A DNA stretch of 64,000 nt, taken from assembly GCF_009914755.1 (NCBI RefSeq), contig NC_060934.1; one strand, given 5' to 3'. Source of the DNA: the human T2T-CHM13v2.0 reference genome, Homo sapiens. Positions 39,829 to 53,575 of this stretch are shown piece after piece; the first letter of the stretch is position 1; each line of letters opens with the position of its first letter. Made by a program: the position numbers and the translations under genes. The notes under the pieces were generated by a model, which saw nothing but the letters and a program-made list of their open reading frames with translations, made no database searches and was not told the DNA's origin.

Positions 39829-42144
39829 CTATTTGCTGAAATAACCCACCCTGCGAAGTAGTTTACAAGTGGGTTGCTGATGATAACCGTGAGTCCAAAA
39901 TTTCAAGGATTTTAAATTATCACTAAAATAAACTATTAAACAATGCAAAGTATCATAACAAGGTAATCCCATAATAAAATCTATAGTAGGTATGGATAAA
40001 TGAAAGCCTAAAACAGAGTATTCTAGCCAGTGTGAAGGTGGAGAAGAATACATACATTTTCAAGCAACCCGTTTAACAAAATTGTTATAAACACGGAGAG
40101 TCAGAGTGACCTGGATTCGAGTTCCTGGCCAGCCATTTAATAAATGGGAAAAGTTATTAACTTCATGAGCTTTAATTTCCTTCACTGAAAATAGTGAGTG
40201 TATACCTCCCAGAGTTGTGAGGATTTTTGTGTTTATTTCTTGAACAAATATCTATTGAATGGCTTCTTTATATTGAGCATTTTAATATAATTAGCGTATG
40301 ATCCGTGGTATTGCTTAATTAATATTACCCACCATTATTGGTTTTATAACTGCAAGGTATTACTTATTAGGATTATTATTCCTTTGCTCTTACATATTAG
40401 ACAATCTTCTTATAATAACTTATAGGCTATTATAAGTTATTATAACTTATAGTAGGTGAGTCAAGATAGACTCATCTACTAAATGGGAAATTGGTAGAGC
40501 AGCCTATATAAGTATCTGATTACAGAACAATGGATAATTTCTCCGCTCACATAAAACATTGATACTCTGGCTTATCAGGTCTTCTTTGTGGTTTTGGTTC
40601 ATATAAATCAGTTCCTAGAAGTCTGATTACCTTTCAGTAACCTAATAAAAGCATATTCATAAGTGTGCAAAGCAAAGCTTACATACAATTATTGAACCAA
40701 ATAAGGCCAAATCTCAGAAACCAGCCAGCTTCCATTTAATAATTTTATTTTAATATTTACATTTTGTCACTTAGTAAATTATATTTCTCTGAATTTTAAC
40801 CTTCTTGTGTACTTACTTCAAGGTTTGTTTTCAAGACCAAGAGCATGTGAAAAATTTTGTCGTCCTGTATTCATTTGGTTTCTCTGCTCATTCTGCCCAG
40901 GTTCTCTTCTCATCTGTTTATATCATCCAGTTATATCTGTGAGTTTAATATTTAACTTACAGATATGGTTGATCTGGAGAGCCAGCTGGATGATATGAAT
41001 TGCCATATCTGTGAGTTCAATATTTAAGAAAAACATCTATGCTTTTCTAAATTTCCTCAAAGGTCTTCCTATAAGTGCTAAGAATCCCTTGTTCTTTATT
41101 GGAGTAAACCCAATTCATGTGTGCCAGTAGATTACCTGACTTACTATCTTACTGTTCAATTTATGTCACTGTAGCTAAGTCAGTACCTACTAATTGGAAA
41201 GGTATGATCCAAGAACATTTACTGGGAGTTGGGTGGCTCTGCTTTGTGAATCCTTATCTCAAATATTTTAGTTAAGGTTATAAGACACTGAAGATAAAGA
41301 ACATATGCTCATTATGTGAGTGTATATACGTGTGTGTGTATACACTATATATTTGTAAATACACATTTACAAATAAATATACTTCTACTGAGAATGTGTG
41401 TATCCAGATATAGGCACACAGAAAAAGAATTACATTTCTTTCAATAAATATTTTGACAAATAATTTCAATCATCTAAGCTTTAATATTCCTTTTCTGAGA
41501 GCTTCATTAATGTACATTCTAGTGAATTTAGAATTCTGTGCTTCATGCCTTCATTTTGCAGCACCTCACAGCAAGTACTTACTATTCTTTAGAATTCCAA
41601 AAGCTACTTGAATTCAAAACAGGTCAAATCAGCAAAGGAGGTTAAAAGATTAGAAGATCTGCAAATGGTTTGGCTCTAAAGCAAGTTCAAACCAAAAATG
41701 AGCTAAGAAGGCACTGGAAATTGTATATCCTGGGGCTATTTAATATGCCTTCTGCCAGATGCATGTCAAGGCAATGATACAAAATGTGACTGAACTTACT
41801 AACAAAACAGGCCAAAAATTGATCTGATTAAATTTAAAATAAAAAAATGCTTCTTGGCCTATTAAATCTGCACTGCTTGGGAAAGATATATTCATTTGAT
41901 AAATTTAAATCATATATATTATATTGATATTTGTTTAATATTTATGTCTAATGAATATTTATCAAAACAAACAGTGTTCTTTTTGTTCTAGGAACAAAAG
42001 ACAAACCCCTTGACCTGACAGAGCTTACATTTTAGTGGTGGAGGTTGATAATTATAATCAGATATATTATTATATTAGGTAAGAATAATTGCTGATAAAA
42101 TACAGTAGGTTATGGAGTAGAAATGAATGACAAAAGGCACTATT

Positions 42145-42575
42145 TGTTTTTTCTTTTTTGAATTATTATGGGTACATAATAATTGTATATACTTATGGGG
42201 TACATGTGATGTTTTGATACAGGCATAAAATGTGTAATGATTCAAATCAGGGTAATTAGAGTATCTGTCACCCAAGCATTGATCATTTCTCTGTGTTAGT
42301 AACAATCCAGTTCTAATTTTAAAGTTATTTTAAATAGACAGTAGATTATTGTTAATTATATCACCCTATTGTGCTACAGAATATTAGATCTTATTCACTC
42401 TATCGAGCTGTATTTTTGTGCCCATTAACCATTTCCAATGTATCCTTACCTCCCCACTACCCTTCACATCGTCTGGTAACCATCATTGTACTCCCTTCAT
42501 CTCCATGAGTTCAATATTTTTCATTTTTAGCTCCTACAAATAAGTGAAAATGTGAGAAATCCGTTCTTCTGTGCA
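42145..42575 (-). mobile_element. L1MA-type 3' end
   Basis: tatggggtacatgtgatgttttgatacaggcat...tttttagctcctacaaataagtga. Confidence 0.85.
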
Positions 42576-42684
42576 AGATACTATTTTAAATAGAGTGGTC
42601 AGAAAAAGCTCCCCTGGGAAATGACACCTGAGCAGAGAAGTGGCTAAAGTGAGAAAGATCCATTTTAATTGAGTGTTCTGGTCC

Positions 42685-43158
42685 TGTAGTTCTAAACTGC
42701 AAAGGACCCCAAAGAGTCTTATAGGCTAACAAAGTAGCCTGCCACAATTTCACAGATGCTGGCAGGAGACAGGAAACTCTTGGGTCAAAGACAAAGGACT
42801 TGTATCACAGCGGACCTCATCACCTTCACGTTCTCCTTGTTCCACAAGTCCATAGAGAAGATGCAGAAGTGGACCCAGGTGGATGTTGCACATACAATAA
42901 GCCTATGTCACAGTGAAGAATTCCAAGTTTAGGAACCTCCCAATCTTATAAAGGGGCTGCCAGCAAAACTGTCCAATCTTTGCCCCATATGAAGACATCT
43001 TTATTATACTGGTTAGGAACAAATCTACCCTCTACACTGGAGGGAGACGGTCTTCTGTCTTTCAAGGCTTTTCACTAAACACACATCATTGAAAAGATAG
43101 TCTGGGACAAAAACTGATCTGAGATATGAAGAAATGCCCTGGAGAATAGTCTCCTAAC
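42685..43158. mobile_element. Probable ERV-type solo LTR, followed by MER5A-like relic (~43160-43316)
   Basis: TG...CA-bounded LTR-like segment with ttataaag; family not securely identified. Confidence 0.5.
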
Positions 43159-44111
43159 ATCAACTTTTAGCATACACCAGAATCACCTGGAGTTCGCCAT
43201 TCTCCAGTGTTCCTGCTTTAGTAGGTCTAGGCCCTGTCTAAGAATTTGCATTTCAAACAAGTTCCCAGCTAATGCTGATACCACTGGTCAGGAATTTCTA
43301 CTTTGAGAACTACTGTTTTGAGTCTTAAACAGATCACATTTTGTTGCACTATCGTTGATTTGCTTTCATTTGGCTGTGCTTTATAATCAGCAACCCACAA
43401 TTCTAGATTACTTAGGCCTATTATTTTCTTTGATTTCATTAAATATAGTGAATAACATATCTCTTATTAGAGACAACTCTCATATCTTACAATGTGGTTG
43501 AGCTTATTGACACATATATTTCTTCCCCAAACAAACCTTTGCTAGTATCAACTTCAGATTATCCAGATGTGAAACAAAGGAGACAATTGAAATAATAGAG
43601 AAAAAAAATCCTGCTTCTGAGGGTATCATAATAATTGTAATATTAACCTTGTATCTAACGTTAGTATTGATGACATTCTGGTCTATAGCTACAAAATGCA
43701 CCGATTGAAGCACAGATGATGTGTATCATTTAAAGAGTGTTGATAATTTTGTTTTTTCTCTGTCATTATTTTCTATCCCTATAACATATTCAGTTTCTTC
43801 ATCTTTAAAAAGCTTTTGAAGTCAAAATTGAGTTTAAATAACCAAATAGCATTTAGACTTCTCAAATTAACACAGGCCCAGAAATCTATACCATTAATAA
43901 GGAAATTATGCTTTGTGATTACATCAGAATTGCTGCAAATCTAGCAGTGTTTTGTTACCACAGCTCTAAAATTTAACTCCTTTTTGAAATTAGTTCTGTA
44001 AGTGACCAAACAAGGACATGCAGCCAATAACCCTATGAAAAAAAACACTTACTGTTATTTAAAATAACATTTTTACATTCACAATCTATTTTCACAGAAT
44101 TTGATAGAACT

Positions 44112-44144
44112 ATGCAGTTATCCAGATTTGCCACTAGAGGGTAG
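44112..44144 (+). promoter_or_regulatory. CTCF binding motif (core plus upstream motif)
   Basis: atgcagttatccagatt-TGCCACTAGAGGGTAG: the core resembles CCACYAGRGGGC, with a TGCAG-type upstream motif. Confidence 0.65.
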
Positions 44145-46501
44145 GGTAGATTTGGAGGCTGCTTGTGTTTTTCCTCCTAATCCAGGGGCATTTACTCTAT
44201 TTAATCAATAGATGATGCCTGTACTCATTTTACTTAGCATGTCAGCCCCTTTATTAAAAATTGTGAAAAAAAAGACTACCTAAATAAGCAAAACCCAATC
44301 AGGAATTAAATTTTAGAGAAGTTCCCAGATGGAAGATAGGAAAAGCTAACATTCTGCTAAGTACTTTATATATGGAAAAACAATTAATACCCACAAAAGT
44401 ACTATAAAATTGGTAATATTATGCCAATTTTATGTTAATTATACAAATATATACATAATATAAATATATAATATTGGCATAGTGTGCCAATTTTTTATTA
44501 TAACATGTAAAGTAGGGAGATGTAGAATGAATTATATGTGCAAATTCTCATGAAAAATAGTGAATTCAGGTCTTCCTGACTCAAAAATCCAAATCTGTCC
44601 AATATACCACATTAACAGATCAAATCAAGCCTTAATATAAATAAATCTCTCACATGATCCCCTGCTAAACAGTACATTTGTTACCTTTGCTATCAATCTT
44701 ACTTCTTTGTTTTCTATAGTTGGAGTACGTGTGATGTGTTTTTATCATTGCTTCTAGATTTATGAACTCTGTAAATTCGGGTAACCCATGTTGCACCTCA
44801 TGATATGTCCTCTACTGCATGGCAACCATCCACATGGGAGCTCTTCTTTAATTATTGGAGCTTATTATTATGTGCCTATATAATAAATGCCTTATGAGCA
44901 AATAATTTAACAACTAATTGTTTTTCTCTCTGTTGATAATCTGTTTTGTTCTTTACTGTGTCAGATTACTTTTTAAAATTATATTTAAATAGCAAATATA
45001 CTTGAGATTGGCTTAATCATTACAAAATGTAGTCCCAGATCCACGGTTCTAGAAAGGCAGAGCAAGATGGAAAGCCAGAGCAAATAGATGCCTCTACTGA
45101 TTGTCAAAGCAAAAGAACAAATAGAAGCCCCCACCAGTCATCCTCCCCACAAGAACACCAAATTTGACAACTATCTACATAAAAAAGCGCCTTCATCAGG
45201 AGCAAAAATCAGCTTAGGTGCCAACTTGACCACCGTGGGGTAGAGTACCAAACAGGCACTTGAGTCCCCAATTCCAGGCCTTGGGTCTTGGATGGCATTT
45301 CTGGATCTGGGTTGGACCAGAGGAGAGCCCACTCTCCTGAAAGGTGAGTCCCAGGGCTGGAAGCATTCACCACAAGCTGACTGAAGAGCCACTGGGCCTC
45401 GAGTGAGTTTGGCGGTAGCCTGGCAATACTCACCACAGGCCTGGGGTGGTGGTGGCCATGGGGAGAGACTCCTCTGTTTATGGAAGGGTGAAGGGAGAGT
45501 GGGAAGGATTTTGACTTGTGGTTTGGGTGCCAGCTCAGCTGCAGTAGAATAAGGCACCAGGCGGATTCCTAAGATATCCAACTCCAGGCTCTGACTCCTG
45601 GATGACATCGCTGGACCCGCTTGGGGCTGAGGGTAACTCACCACCTTGAAAGGAAGGACACAAGGCTGGCTGGCTTCATCATCTGCTAATCGTAGAGCCC
45701 TAGGGCCATGAATAAACATAGGCGGCAGCCAGGTAGTGGTTACAGCAGGCCTTGGGCGAGACTCAGTGCTGTGCTGGCTTCAGGTCTGACCCAGCACAGT
45801 CCCAGTGGCAGTGGCTACAGGGTAGTGCTTGTATTACCCACCCCTCAACTTCAGGAAGCTCAGCACAGAGACAGACCCTCCATTTGTTTAGGGGAAAGTA
45901 AGGGAAAAGAACAAGATACTCTGCCTGGTAATCCAGAGAATTCTTCTGGATCTTATCCAAAACCACCAAGATGGTACCTCTATAAGTCTGCAAGAGCTAC
46001 AGTGTTACTGGGCTAAGGGTGCCTCCTAACGCAGATATGGCTGCAGTGACCAAGAACTTAGATCACAGCACTCAAGTCCCTTTGAATACCTAGAAAGCCT
46101 TCCAATAAGGGTGGGTACAAACAAGCCCAGACTGTGAAGACTACAACAAATACATAACTCTTAAATGCCCAGACACTGACAAACATCTGCAAACATCAAG
46201 ACCGTCTAGGAAAATATGACCTCACCAAGTAAACTAAATAAGCCACCAGGGACCAACCCCAGAGAGACAGAGAAATGTGACCTTTCAGATATAAACTTCA
46301 GAATAGCTGTTTTGAGGAAACTCACAGAAATTCAAGACAACACAGAGAAGGAATTCAGGACTCTATCAGATAAATTTAACAAAGAGATTGAAATAATTAC
46401 AAAGAATCAAGCAGAAATTCTGGAATTGAAAAATGCAATCGACATACTGAAGAATGCATGAGAGTCTCTTAGCAGAATTGAACAAGCAGTAGAAAGAATT
46501 A

Positions 46502-46881
<380 letters not shown>

Positions 46882-47811
46882 TCAAAGCGCAAATATAAGA
46901 GTCACTGGCCGTAAAAAGGAGGTAGAGAGAGAGATAGGGGTAGAAAGTTTATTCAAAGGGATATCAGAGAACTTCCCAAAGCTAGAGACAGTTATCAATG
47001 TTCATGTACAAGAAGCCTATAGAATACCAAGCAGACTTATCCCAAAGAAGACTTAATAATCAAACTCCCAAAGGTCTAGGATAAAGAAAGGATCCTAAAA
47101 GCAGTAAGAGAGGGAGGGAGAGAGGGAGAGAGAAAGAGAGAGAGAGAGAGAACATTCAAGGGAGCTCCAGTATGTCTGGCAGAAGACTTTTCAGTGGAAA
47201 CCTTTCAGGTCGGGAGAAAGTGGCATGACATATTTAAAGCGCTGAAGGAAAAAAAAAAAAAAAAACACCTTTTACCCTAGAATAGTATATCTGGTGAAAA
47301 TATCCTTCAAACATGTAGGAGAAATAAAGACTTTCCCAGACAAACAAAAGCTGAGGCATTTCATTAACAGCAGACCTGTCCTATAAGAAATGCTAAAGAG
47401 AGTTCTTCAATTTGAAAGAAAAGGACATTAATGAGCAATAAGAAATCTGAAGGTACAAAACTCACTGGTAATAGTAAGTACACAGAAAAACAGAATATTA
47501 TAATACTGTAATTGTGGTGTGTAAACTGTTCACAAGTAGAAAGGCTAAAAGAACCAATCAAAAATAATAACGACAAGTAATTTTCAAGAAATATACAGTA
47601 CAATAAGATATAAATAGAAACAACTAAAAGTTTAAAAGCGGGATGAAGTTAAAGTGTAGAATTTTTGTTAGTTTTCTCTTTGCTTGTTTATGCAATCAGT
47701 GTTAAGTTGTCATCAGTTGAAAATAATGGGTTATATTATTTGCAAGCGTCGTAGAAACCTCAAATAAAAAAACATACAACAGTTCCACAAACAATAAAAA
47801 AGCAATACATT

Positions 47812-48107
47812 GGCTGGGTGTGATGGCTCAATAATCCCAGCACTTTAGGAGGCTGAGGCAGGAGGATTACTTGAGGTCAGAAGTTCAAGATCAGCCTGGC
47901 CAAAATGGTGAAACCTATCTCTACTAAAAATACAAAAATTAGCCAGGTGTGGTGATGAGTGCCTGTAATCCCAGCTACTTGGGAGGCTGAGGCAGGAGAA
48001 TCGATTGAACCTGGGAGGTGGAGGTTGCAGGTTGCAGTGAGTCGAGATGGTGCCACTGCACCACTCAAGCCTGGGTGACAGATTGAGACTCCATCTCAAA
48101 AAAAAAA
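47812..48107 (+). mobile_element. Alu (S-type)
   Basis: TSD aaaaaagcaata(c/g)att. Confidence 0.93.
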
Positions 48108-50840
48108 GCAATAGATTAATACATATCACCAGAGAAAATCATTAAAAGGAAGACAGGAAGGAAGGAAACAAGGAAGAGAAGACCACAAAACAATCAGAAA
48201 ACAACTAACAAAATAGCAGGAGTAAGTCTTCACTTATCAATAATAACATTGAATGTAAATGGACTAGACTCTCCAATCAAAAACAGAGAGTAGCTAATCT
48301 TGTCATTTGCAACAACCTGGATGGAATTGGATGTCATGTCATAAGTGAAATAAGCCAGACACAGAAAGATAAACTTCTCATGTTCTCACTTGTTTGTGGG
48401 AGCTAAAAATTAAAACAACTGAATTCATGGAGATAGAGACTAGAATGTTGGTTACCAGAGTCTGGGAAGGGTTTTTTTTGTGTTGGGGGGGAGGGGAGTG
48501 AAGTGGAGATGCTTACTGGGCACAAATATAGAATAAATAAGATAGAGTATTTGATAGCACAATAGAATTACTAGTCAATGATAATTTAATGTACATTTAA
48601 AAATAACTAAAAGTGTATAGTTGAATTGCTTGTAACACAAAGGATCAATGCTTGAGGGGATAGATACCTCATTTACCCTGATATGATTATTACTCATTTA
48701 TGCCTGCATCAAAATATCTCATGTACTCCATATATACACCTACTATGTACCCACAAAATTAAAAATAAAAAAGTATTCCCAAACTTAATACAAAACTTTT
48801 AGTTCTCTGAGTTTGATTTACTTCATCTTCATTGTTATTTCTTTTGTAAATTTATATTATAAAGATTTTCAAACACACAAGAATTAAGAAAATAGTATAA
48901 CCCGAAGCGCCCATTTTCTAGCCTCAATAATTATTAGCATATGGTCAATTTCATTTTATCTATACCCTAACACAGCTGGCAATAAAATATTTTAAAGAAA
49001 ACTTCCAGACACATATCATTTCCTTTGAAAATATTTTATAAGGTAATTTTAAAACATAGGAGATTTTAAAAATAATCACAATACACAAACATCATGCCTA
49101 AAAACCAAGCAGATCAAAAATCTTTTAATAATATAAAATATGCAGGCAATCGTTCAAATTTCCATGATTATCTCATAAATGTGTGTTTTTTAAAAAACAA
49201 ATTTGTCCAAATCAGGATATAAATAGTGCCAGGCATCATATTTGATTTATAGGTATCACAAGACTCACTCTATACTAGCTCTTTCCTCCTGTTTTATTTT
49301 TAACCATTTATTTATTGATGCTATTCCTCAGTCCTGATAATATGATCCATCTTTGAGAATACTTTACACAAATTTGTTTTTGCCAAGGGCAATTCTTTTG
49401 CTTTAAGACTATCAGTTCTAATTTATATTTCCATTTTAGCTTTTAACATTCAACTTTTTTTCCCAAAAGGGCCTCTTTAAATTCAGTCTATACAAATACT
49501 TACATCCCCAATAAAATTTTACTCCCTCTTTCCATCATCTCCTCCCATATAACATCAAAAGTATAAGGCTCCCATCTTCAACTTTATATATGAGAGCTGG
49601 AATGTCTAAGCCTTAGTGTTGTCGTGCCATCTCTACTCGTCAAATCCAAAACAGTCTCTCACACTTGCAGTTTTTGATTTAACCAAGAGAGGGCTTAATT
49701 CCTAAATTAATATCAAGTTTATTTCTGAGTTTCTCTTAAATGGTCTTTTTCAGTCATGATATGATAGGTTATATGATTATAAATATCCTTATATTTTTAA
49801 GAAGTTGTTATCATTTCCTGGATTTCCACTCTCCTATCAAAATATCAAAGTATGCCTTCAAGAATAATTAGTATGTGATGGGGAGGTTTTTCTTGCTCGA
49901 CTTGTTTGCTTCCTCGTTAACAACTAAAAGCTCTTTCTGAAATCTCTATTATATCCTGTGAATGAGCAGTATGGTGGAATCAGAAAAACATTTGGGTCCA
50001 GAGGAGCTCTGATCACCAAGGACAGAGTAAGGCAGTTGCTTGAGAACCACCAGCACAAAGTCATTCTTATTTGTTCCTAAGATGTTAAAGTTAATCTCTT
50101 TATTCAAAAGAATGTCTTGGAACCTCACTGCAAATGGCTCAAAATATAACTTTCCCTGTATTAGAAACCCAAAGTCAATACACAGCACAGTTAGGGAATT
50201 TATTTAGTCTGATTACTGAGCAATTAATTCAGGTAATTGCACTGTCAGTCTGAAGTAATTGAGATGAAAAAAAATTGAAAATCCTATTAGCACAGCAAAG
50301 ATTTGAAATCATAAAAGAATCCTGATCATTAAAATATTTTAAAATACTTGTTGATCTTAAAGTCTTAGTTTATATAGAAGATATAAATATAGGCTGAATA
50401 AAAGACACCTCCCACCCCCCACCACTTATTCCTTATCTTTTTTTCTCCTGTATTCCAAGGCAGAGTAGTGGAACACAGGCTTTAAATAGAGCTCAGTCTG
50501 AATCCAGTTTGCAATTTATAACTAATGGTGTCAATTTTGAAAATCATCTCAAATTTGAAAATGTTTTATATTTATTCCTTCCTGCTAGATGCAACACATT
50601 TGCTCTAAGACCACAAAAACCTATCAAATTTATTTTCCAATTTAACATTTATCTTTAACATTAGTCTTTTCTCTTCTGCTGATGTATACTCTTTATTATA
50701 TAATATGCGATATATTATATTTTGCTATTTTTTAATTGGTTGTGACCTTTCTTTTTCACTTTTGTAGATCTGTGGTCAATTCTTGCTCTATGACACACTT
50801 TTAAAATGTTTAGCTTTAAAATTCATTTTAAAACTTTATT

Positions 50841-50970
50841 GCCACAAGGTACAGTGGCTCAAGCCTCTTATCCCAGCACTTTGGGAGGCTAAAGCAGGAG
50901 GAGCACTTGAGGTCAGGATTTGAGGCCAGTCTGGGTAACATGGTAAGACCCTGTCTCTACCTTAAAAAAT
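50841..50970 (+). mobile_element. FLAM / Alu left monomer
   Basis: cagtggctcaagcct..atcccagcactttgggagg...agaccctgtctctac, followed by an AT-rich tail. Confidence 0.8.
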
Positions 50971-51711
50971 ATAAATATATATATTATATACTATTATATA
51001 TACAATATATTATATATATATAATTTATTTAGTCAGATTACTGAGCAATTAATTCAGGTAATTGCACTGTCAGTCTGAAGTAATTGAGATGAAAAAAACC
51101 AAAAATCCTATTAACACAGCAAAGATTTGAAATCATAAAAGAATCCTGATCATTAAAATATTTTAAAATACATATTTAATATTAATATTTAAAATATATA
51201 ATATATATAGGGTAAGTAGATAATAGATAAGGTAAGTAGATAGATAAATACACTTACTATATATATACACACACACATATATATTTTATATCTATCTACT
51301 TACCATATATACATAAATATATATATAAAAAATAGTTGGGTAAGCATGTGTGTGTATGTGTATGTGTGTGTGTATACATATATATATATAGTAAGTGTAT
51401 TTATCTATCTACTTACCCTATCTATTTATCTACTTACCCTATATATATAGTAAGTATATATATTTACCCCATATATATATATATATATATATGTATGGTA
51501 AGTAGATATATATATATCCACTTACTACAGATTTATATATATAGGGTAAATATATATACTTACTATATATATATATACGGTATATATATCTGTATATCTC
51601 TATATATCTACTATATATATCTATAATATATATAGGATATATATATAGAGAATATATATATAGGGTAAGTAAATTGATAGTTGGGTGTGTATATATATAG
51701 TAAATTTGTGT

Positions 51712-51743
<32 letters not shown>
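50968..51743. repeat. Complex (TA)n / ggtaagtagata / (TG)n tract containing a 150-bp templated insert
   Basis: AT dinucleotide runs with direct and inverted ggtaagtagata / tatctacttacc units; ends in (TG)n. Confidence 0.9.
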
Positions 51744-51747
<4 letters not shown>

Positions 51748-52210
51748 GGTTAAGTCCTATCTTGTTATTCTGCTTTAAATCAATATTCTTAAATATTTTT
51801 GCCGTTTTCTTCTCAATAAAATTATGTTTTCAACAAGTTTGAAAAAAATTCACCAGAATTTTAATTGAAATTGCATTAAGCCTTTTTAATAATTTAAGAG
51901 TTGAACAATTTTCAAAGCTCATACTCCTTCAAAACATTGAATGGCTTACTTTTTTTTTAATCTATGTCCCTCAGTAAAACTGTGCTGTTTTCTACATATA
52001 GGTCACCCTCATTTTTTATTCAAGGTATTTCTAGAGATTTTGTAATATCGTTGCTAACATAAAGTACATTTTTTAGCATATATCCTAGCTAGTTATTGCT
52101 TGTTTATAACTGTGACTATCAACAGAGGAGTTTCATAATTATCAGTGGGTTTATTCAAACTGTATTCATATCACCCTCAGAGATTCTGATACATCTTCTA
52201 GAAGAGAGCC

Positions 52211-52575
52211 TGTATTAGTTCTCACACTGCTATAAAGAATATCCGAGACTGGGTAATTTGTGAGGAAAAGGTTTAATGGGCTCACAGTTCCACATGGCTG
52301 GGGAGGCCTCAGGAAACTTACAGTCATGGCAGGTGAAAGGGAAGCAAGGCATATCTTCACACGGCAGCAGGAGAGAGACAGAGAGCAAAGGGAGAAGTGC
52401 TACACACTTTCAAACAACCAGATCTCATGAGAACTCACTGACTATCATGAGAACAGCAAGGGGAAAGTCTGCCCCCATGATTCAATAACCTCCCACCAGG
52501 TTGGTCTCTCCTCCAACACATGGGCTTACAATTCGACATGAGGTTTGGGTGGGGACACAGAACCAAACCATATCA
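52211..52575 (-). mobile_element. MST (MaLR) solo LTR
   Basis: tgtattagtt...ggctcacagttccacatggctggggaggcctcagg...ccaaaccatatca; TSD gagc(c/t). Confidence 0.9.
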
Positions 52576-53394
52576 GAGCTGTACCCACCCTTACTGATAA
52601 TATGTCACCCTCAGGATTGGAGAGAAAAGCAATGTTAAGTTGCACTGAAGCAAAACAAGGCTATTGGGTTAAATTTTTTTCATAGAATCATTTTAATATT
52701 TTTATTACCTCTAGGAGTTTCTTTAAAAATACAGAACAATTTGTTTTCTAAAACAAAACTCAAGCATTTCCTTGAAAAGGAAAAAAAATCACCTCTATTA
52801 ATCAATTAGCACTCAATCTACTATGTGCAAAAAACCGTGCCAAAAGCTTTTGGAATACGCAATCCTATAGATCTGAACTTTGCCTTTGGTCAGTCAGGTT
52901 TGGGTAGGAAGTGGCACTTGAGAGTGGGTTAATTGAGCTAAGCTGAAAATAGAGCACAACATACATAAGAATGTGTATTTTTATTAACCTTATCAACAGT
53001 CTGTCCTTCTGAATACAGGCAACATATAAGTGAAAATACGATTGCCGAAGTAGCGTGTTGGGGCAGGAATAAACCTAAATTCTAAAAATTTCAGCCAAAC
53101 TTTAGCTTTTCTGCATAAGTGTACCTTTTTCTGTTCTCACAAATCAGGTGCGTGTGGGAACCTTATGTTGGCCAAGGATGTACAAATGAATCATGGTCTT
53201 AAGGGTGGAAGACACTGGAAAGAGAGGTTTTACTATCTGATGTACTCCTTGGAGACAGTGTCAATAGCCCTCTACTCATTTTCATAAAGTCAGCCATGCC
53301 TGCACTTAATAATGGGTTGTCTATAAATGTGTTAACTTCTAAATTGCTACTCTGAAACTTGCAACACATTTTGCTATGAAAATGGTGCTGTAGG

Positions 53395-53575
53395 TCAGAG
53401 CTTTTCAGACTTTACCATGCCCAGAAATCTCCTGGAGATCTTGGTGAAACACAGAGACCCAAGTCCAGAGACCCTGATTCAGTGTATTTGTAGTGCAACC
53501 CAAGGAAATCGCATTTTAACAAGCTCCTGCTGCTGCTGGTGCTATGTCCACAGACCACAATTTGAGTAGCACTGC
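53395..53575. mobile_element. MER5A-like relic
   Basis: cagaaatctcctggagatcttg...tgattcagt...gcattttaacaagctc...tttgagtagcactg. Confidence 0.7.

Noticed and set aside
45171-45719. Longest ORF in the track (182 aa, minus strand)
   Set aside because: Lies in the GC-richer 5' UTR of an old L1; no recognisable protein similarity.
51336-51626. Tyr/Ile-rich ORF
   Set aside because: Translation of (TA)n/(TG)n low-complexity sequence.
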